NCBI GenBank assembly: GCA_009103225.1
Contig: RHPI01001202.1
Coordinates: forward strand, 57,206-121,205
Origin: Chlorokybus atmophyticus
Lineage: Eukaryota > Plantae > Mesostigma and Chlorokybus algae
Length of the DNA: 64,000 bases
Reading direction: 5' to 3'
The notes under the pieces are model-generated. The model did not search any database and had not been told where the DNA came from. It saw only the letters and a list, made by a program, of their open reading frames with translations. This document shows, piece after piece, positions 48,461 to 64,000 of this stretch. The first letter of the stretch is position 1. Each line of letters starts with the position of its first letter. A program made the translations under genes and the position numbers.

Positions 48461-51400
48461 TCAGACTACCACAACAGCCTCAACAAGGTCCTGCTGCAAT
48501 GCGGGTACATAATGAGGAAGCAGAACATCTAAGGAGTCCGACAGTGTGTACGTTCCAGACCGTTGTTTCAGCGTCCTCCATCTGTTGCGACACTCTCCGC
48601 CACTCCTGCCATACAACCAATGTATTATGCTTCAGGCAGATCGGCAGTCAGTAGAAACCTCGGCAAGTGCGGCTGACATGTTGGGTAGTAGTGTATCCCA
48701 AGGAACTTCTCCTTCATCGTCCGCGCCAGATTGCATCAAACTGCAACAACACCACGCACTCATAATCATGCTTTGGCAAGTTGTGACAGTTTTGAATATG
48801 TCATGCCTTTGAAGTAATTGCAGATCTGTCTCGTCGCTCCATGCTGATTCTCCCACACTCCTGTTGGGCATAAGCTGCCGGTACCTGCCCAACGCATGAT
48901 CAACTTGCAGAACTGCCTCATTGCAAAAGTTCAGTTTGGCAAGGCAGCATGTACGAGCAAGTCCAAGCACACAAAACGCAAGTCAATTTACCAATGCCTA
49001 AGACACTGGCCATGGGTACGACTGCCAAGCCTGGCTGCTATGGCATCCCAGTTAATGTTTGTTGCTGCGGACAGTTCTTTCCAATTGATGTCCGCATCGT
49101 CAGCCAGCTCCTCCCCCTGTACCGTGCGCTGCGCTCTGATGGACTGCTTCACCAGCTGCGTAAGCAGCACATCCTCTTCATGCGTCCACTTGCCTGTACA
49201 ACATACAAGATTGACCCTATGTGCGCTTGCGAGGAAGTCCAAATAGCAACCCAAGTCACTGCATATGGTGACTCACTGAGCTTCTTGCCCCCAACGCGTA
49301 TGTCCCTCCATCTATCACGGCAATTAGGAGCGGCACGACCGAGCTCCTGACCAATCTTCAACCATGCGTTGCCATGTTGTTCAAACAACCTGCAGCAAGA
49401 ATGACACAGAGAGGTCAGTGTGCTGTTTCAGGGTGATGTCCAAGCGGCAGTGCATGCATACATGTGTCATGCAACGCATACTTCCAACAGCACGTACGCC
49501 AGAAGCTGTCCATCCTGTTCCTGGGTCCATTTGCCTTGATAATTGCCAGGGTCGTACGCTCGCCTTGCATGCGCCCAGCAGGCCTTTGCGGTTCTGCGCG
49601 GAAGCGCCTTAGCTGCCACCACACAACAAACATAAAGTCACGCATCAACGGCAGAAGCCAGTACATAGATTGCAACAGCGAGCCTGTTTGAAGTAGTAAC
49701 GTCATACCAATCTCCAGCCAAGCTCCGCGATACTTTGTATTGCTTCTTGTCTTCAAGACTGCTTCATAACCTTCTGCACCCAACTCCCGATCCTGCAGAA
49801 AGACGTGTGAAGTGCAGACGGAGCAAACATGCATATCTTCATATTTAAAAACTTTGACCAGTAACTAGCACAACGTCTGATGATTGTCACACGGTTGTAA
49901 GCCTTTGGCCACGCTTGAATCTTTAGGGTAAAACTCCACATGATGTGGTTCCCATATATAATAAGCTGTCGCACACCAGCAGGACCAGCCCTTGCTGAGG
50001 CATTCCTACAACGCTTGCATGCGGACACTTACCATTACGTATTGTTGGAGGGCAGCAGCCAACTTCTTGTCTTCCTCTTTGCTAAACCTCCCGTGCTTCG
50101 CGTCCTTGCGGTGGAGGTCCGCAAGCCAAGCGCTCTGTAATGTGCTGGGTTGCCGCTGCACAGCGTCACAGAGCGTAAGCTCGTTGGCACGCAACACACC
50201 CAGTCTGTCGCCGGACAGTTAGCCGCGCACCCAACCCCTGATCATGACCAGACTGTTGGTCTTGTCACGGCAGTGGTCAGCAGCAGCATGATGGCAAACA
50301 TGCCAGCACTACCGGTATCACGACAATGCAGGGTAAGGGCGTCGTCGACCACGCAAAGCAAGCATAAGGTGACCACAATTGGAACTGCTGACACGTTGCA
50401 AGACACAAGCATGCCAGAAACGAACACCGTGCCACCTTGCACAAACAACGCAGCAAGACAAGCGAGGCAATGACTTGCTAAAGCAGCCCGGTAACTGCTA
50501 TTTTGAGTTGCCTGTAGAACTTCATGTTGGTGGAGCGACTAGAAAATGGTGCTTGATCATCATCATTGGACATGATGTCCAATGTACCTTTTTCCGAGCA
50601 GGCACAATCACGTCATTGCCCGAGCTGACCAGCGCTTGCCGTGTCTGCCTCTGCTTCTCCCGCTTTTGCTGAATTACATAAAAGATTAGCGCACACTACA
50701 TGAGAGACAAACTGTCACCAGTAGAAACACACCTGCTGTGTCTCAGTTGTCGTTGGCACCTCTGCGACTGCTGACTCAATGTGACGCTGCTGCATGCAGG
50801 GCAAGTCAATCGGCTGTGCAAGCAGCAAAAATCATGCGAAGAGAAGCTAATGCGAAATGGGCATGTTCACTTGCAAGCCTGCATTCTGCATGCTTGTGTA
50901 TGGCACATCAATAATTCTCTCACACACACGTACAACTGCCGAAGCAAGCAGAAGCAGGGATTCGCTTACCAATGAGCTGTTAGTGTTGTCATATGAGGCA
51001 GTGGCATTGTCAACAGCTCGCTTCCGCTTTTGCTTCTTGCGATGCTCTCGAGGCTGAGCACCATCTGCCACAGTCTGTACATGTATGCGTCTCAGAAGAG
51101 TTTGTATACCCAGCTTTGGCAATGCTTTCTAGCTGATGGCAAGCCTAACATCAGCTACACAGCTGGCTTGAATACGCAGGCAACAACGACAGATGTACGT
51201 CAACGCCACAATGCTGATTGTTGATGCCAGCGTCACCATGCGGTGATCGCAGGCAGCATTTCAAGCAGCTACACACTGCCACTGCGTGCAGATAACTAAG
51301 GACAGTGCGAAGGCGCTGATTGACACATTATGTGCGTAGACCCATACATGTACCTGAATTTGTAGGTTTGTAGGTTCAGCAATCCAGAACTCATTTTCTT

Positions 51401-52391
51401 TCGTTGCCGTTTTACTCTGGCGAAAAACAGCAAAGGATTGGCAAGCTAAGCTCAGGCACATAACCATCAAGTAGTTGGGTTGTACATCATGCCAATTTGA
51501 CACAAACCGATGAAAGCAAAACCACAGCAACTCACCTTGCCATCCAAATTGCCGCTTTCCTCCACAACCGAATGCTTGTGCTTAGACTTACGACGTTCTT
51601 GCGTGGTTTCCGGTGCCATCATCTGCAAGAGGGCAACAAACAGTGCTCAGTACACCACTTGCACCTGCCTTGCTGGTGTCTCACAGACAGGTCCCAACAA
51701 ACCTGTTCCGTGGCTTCAGGCTCGTCGGCAACCTTTCTCTTCCGCTTCTTTGGCTCCTCCTGGCAAAAGACAAGCCAGTATACATGCGAATGGACAGTAG
51801 CACAACTCTTACTGAGCAACAGCAAGCCACAGCACGTTTCAAGCACACTGTAAGTTTGATGTAACAGCAGAGAACGACTTCTCGCGATAAGGCAGCAGCT
51901 TTGACGCCCACCACGCAAAAGCTCTGAACAGCACCTTTGGTTGTTCTGGAAGGTGGCCTTCTTGTAGGACAGCTGAGCTTCTGTGTCGTTCCTCATGCTG
52001 CCAGCATGCATGGAACTTGCATGAGCACCACGGCCGCAAGTGGCGATAATCAGATATGGCTTGATGCAAGCGTACCTGATTGCCATTGATTGTGCTGGGC
52101 AGCATGTTAGCTTCCATCACCTCGTGAGTCCCCGGTACAACACGAGATTGTTTCTTGTGCTTCTTCTGCTTGCTGCTTGGCTGTGGTCGCAAGCGTATGT
52201 CACTCATATATAATTGCTGACAGGGAGAAACCAAATCACTGCTCGAAGAACAGCTTGCAAGCCGGTCTCAATATCAAACGCAAGTTAAATTATACCGTGA
52301 AGTGTGCAGTGTGTTGCTGCTTGCACTGAGCTCTGCAGCTTGCTTTCTAAATGTCTACCTTCTGCTGAACGCCATCCTCGCTGACAGCCAT
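48461..52391 (-). CDS. Myb-repeat protein of the TTF1/Reb1/DMTF1 (cyclin-D-binding Myb-like) family
   Basis: Lys-rich N-terminus, GRFSKEEDKKL, FEQHGNAWLKIGQELGRAAPNCRDRWRDI, GKWTHEED, INWDAIAARLGSRTHGQC and EVPWDTLLPNM|SGGECRNRWRTL. Start (MAVSEDGVQQK) is inferred. Confidence 0.85.
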
Positions 52392-53293
52392 ATCAGGACG
52401 AATGCCAAACCTCCCGTCAAACCTCCTGCATGCCGCGCCCACCACCGCCGCCGGCGCCGCAGTCCCTGACGCCGCTGGTTTCTGCTCTTCCCGATCAGCC
52501 GATCGCGGTCAAGACACGGAGCATTTGCAAACCGGGTTCAATTCGCACGACTGTTGGCAGCTCCGCCCAATCCATAAAACTTGTCGTGGAATCTCCTCGC
52601 TTGCCGCCAAAAGCATCAGAGTAAACGGCAGACAAGCTCTCGAACTTACGCCAGGTTTGCGGGATTTCCTTGAACTTGCGCGCAGCGAGTTCAAAACGTT
52701 TCCGATATCCTGGGGCTGTTTTCTGGGAGTTTAGGCTATGTGCAGCTTTGGGCTGAAGTGGGCGGTGGCATGCACGGGGCGGTGGCTGGGTGGAGGGTTC
52801 GAAGCGTCACCAGCCGGGCGTCGGCAGCGTTGAGGCTGCATGCCTTGATACGGCGCTGTTGCCTGAAGCAGCTGGGTGACGGCACGCAAGCAGGCGACGG
52901 TCAACATCATTTCCTGAGCATAGCCATGGGTGCCTTTACCTCCTGCTACTGCTCGGCAATGTGGAGCTCAACGCTCAAAACAACAGAACGCTCATGCTGG
53001 CTGTCAGAATGCAGCATTGACATGCCAGCTATCAGATATTGCAAGGATAGTCCAAACGCTGTAAGCTGTACCCCGGTGCTTGTCAAGCACAAGCTTGGCA
53101 GCAACAATTTGCTAGTCAAGCTGCTGCTTACAGGAGACAGCAGCGGCAGCAGCTTGCACAGCTTCAGTACCTATGCTTGCAAGCTGGAATTAGGTTAGAA
53201 AGATGGCCTGAGTAGCATTGAGCAACTGCATACTGCGTGGAAGTCAGCTAGCTGTCCTCATGACAATGCTGGACCTCGCGTTGCGGACAAAGG

Positions 53294-58900
<5,607 letters not shown>

Positions 58901-59991
58901 TAAAAGACGCTCGCTATTTCTTGGATTGCAGTGAACACATATTGGTTTGATGAGCAGCTGCTAGCGCGCGCGTTGTTGCGATAGAGTATATAGTTAGCCC
59001 GCTTTGCTCGACTTGTTTGTCAGATTCATTCAATCCGTAGTCAGTTTAGGGGTGCTTGTTCGGGTGCTACTGCAAGCAGAGCTGCAACTATATTGTGCGC
59101 AGCGCCTAACCGGCACTTACAACAGCTGCTAGTATGACAGCACCGCTGCCGACAGGGCAGGGCGCAGGGGCGAGGCAGAGGGGCGGGGCTGAGGGGCGGG
59201 GCTGAGGGGCCCTCAGCCAGGGTTACAACATGCAGAGCTGCGTGGGAATGGCGGGAGGGAGGCTGTGGGTGAAGGAGAACGAGAGAGGGAGAATGGGAGT
59301 CCGTCTGCTGCTCATGCATCTGGCTGCAAACTGCAAGACTAACTGCAAGACTAACTGACCGCACACGTGTGCAGGTAATGCAAATGCATGCATGTATGTC
59401 TGATGGGGGTTGAAGTAGTTACAATGATTACGTGTGGCTAGTGTAGGTAGACCCCGGTGGTAAATAATCATTGTATGATGATGAGCTTGGTGAACAATGC
59501 ATGTGTCATGCATGTTGCATGTATCATGATTACTTGCACTTGCTTTACTGTACACTATCCGTGTCAGTTTGGTGCGTCTGTGTCCAACTACTCTGGACAC
59601 GGGCAAAACAAGCAGTTGTGGCCACTGGCTGAGGTTGTATTGTCGGAGTCTTCTCACATGATAATGGGTGCCTTTGTGCAATGCATGCACATGACATGCA
59701 TCGATAAAGCGCACCCTGTGGTAGTTTTTCTCAGGGGAAGCGTTGCAGCGGCGCACATAGCAAGGTGTGCTGCGTTGCTGCATACCTTGCGCACATGTCA
59801 ATTATAACGCTTGCCACAGCACTCAACAACGCACGGGGACACCGTTTGCATGAAAGTATGCAAAACAACCGCTCTGGCGGCATGATGGGCAGTGCCATCA
59901 CTTAAGTTGAGTGACTGAACGCCAACAGCGACGCATGCTTCAACCAACTCGCTCACTCCCAATACTGCAACCTCGTCACTCCGCGGCGGTC

Positions 59992-63288
<3,297 letters not shown>

Positions 63289-64000
63289 CATGGCGTAGGC
63301 GATCATGCAAGTGATTGTTGTTGTTGTACTGCTGCTGCTGACCATTGCTGGTGTGGCCGCTGGGTACGTTTACTCGGGCTCCCATGTTTAGATTTGGTTT
63401 CATGGTAATGTAATGTACACGAGTAACGAGCTGTGAAGATTGGGACGATTACTGCATGTCAGATTGCGTATACAGGCCTCCACTTGGAAGACATTTTGTA
63501 CCATGACCGCAATGATGCATGTGCTGCATTTTGTGCACGCAGCATTCACATACAACCTGTGAATGGGGCTGTCTTCAATGTTACAATTCTGATTGCGTTC
63601 CAAGATGCATATGCTCCAGTATGTGGCGACATTTTGCATCTGTGTCTGCCATCTACTTGTAAGCACAATTGTGCTTTAGATCTTTATACACCAGGTTGGG
63701 TGTGCGTGAAATTTGCCTACATGATGGTGTTGACTGCTATATTACTCGTTGCATGCTGCCTGTTACACGCATGTGCTGACCTTGCTACGCTCTTTATACT
63801 CTCCTAGTGTAAACACTTATTATGCATGTAGGTGGGTCTATGTATAGGGTCAACTACGGTACTCTCATCTATATTATGAGTCACTTCCCAAGTGCGGCGG
63901 AAGGTCTCAACGCACAAGCAATCCGCTACGTGTGCATGGACACCAAACCTAACATGCGGGTCGCAAGCAATGCCATGTTTTGTCCGCCACGCGCGCAGTC

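Overview
Eukaryotic nuclear DNA, gene-dense, with many short GT-AG introns, most likely from a green-lineage alga. Plant-like GCP3, purF, fibrillin and presenilin, a ZF-HD zinc finger, and an ion-channel-type adenylyl cyclase of a family I do not know from land plants together suggest an early-diverging streptophyte alga (inference). Exons were assembled by eye into: 3' end of fibrillin FBN3 (+), GCP3 (-), plastid amidophosphoribosyltransferase (+), a ZF-HD-finger/integrase-repeat protein (+), ABCG half-transporter (-), presenilin (+), DxD glycosyltransferase-like protein (-), PTS2-bearing aspartate aminotransferase (-), ENT1-like nucleoside transporter (+), TTF1/DMTF1-like Myb protein (-), voltage-sensor/adenylyl cyclase fusion (+) and cystathionine beta-lyase (+). 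Intergenic DNA holds an organelle-type tRNA-Asn pseudogene, a probable Penelope-like retroelement fragment, a possible AP2 relic, a transposon-like block, several long hairpins, microsatellites and assembly gaps. The most novel-looking item is the gene at 19396-23766: a ZF-HD dimerisation zinc finger joined not to a homeodomain but to seven tandem 'integrase repeat'-like units and an acidic D/Q/E tail. All exon boundaries and family assignments come from motif recognition without database searches.
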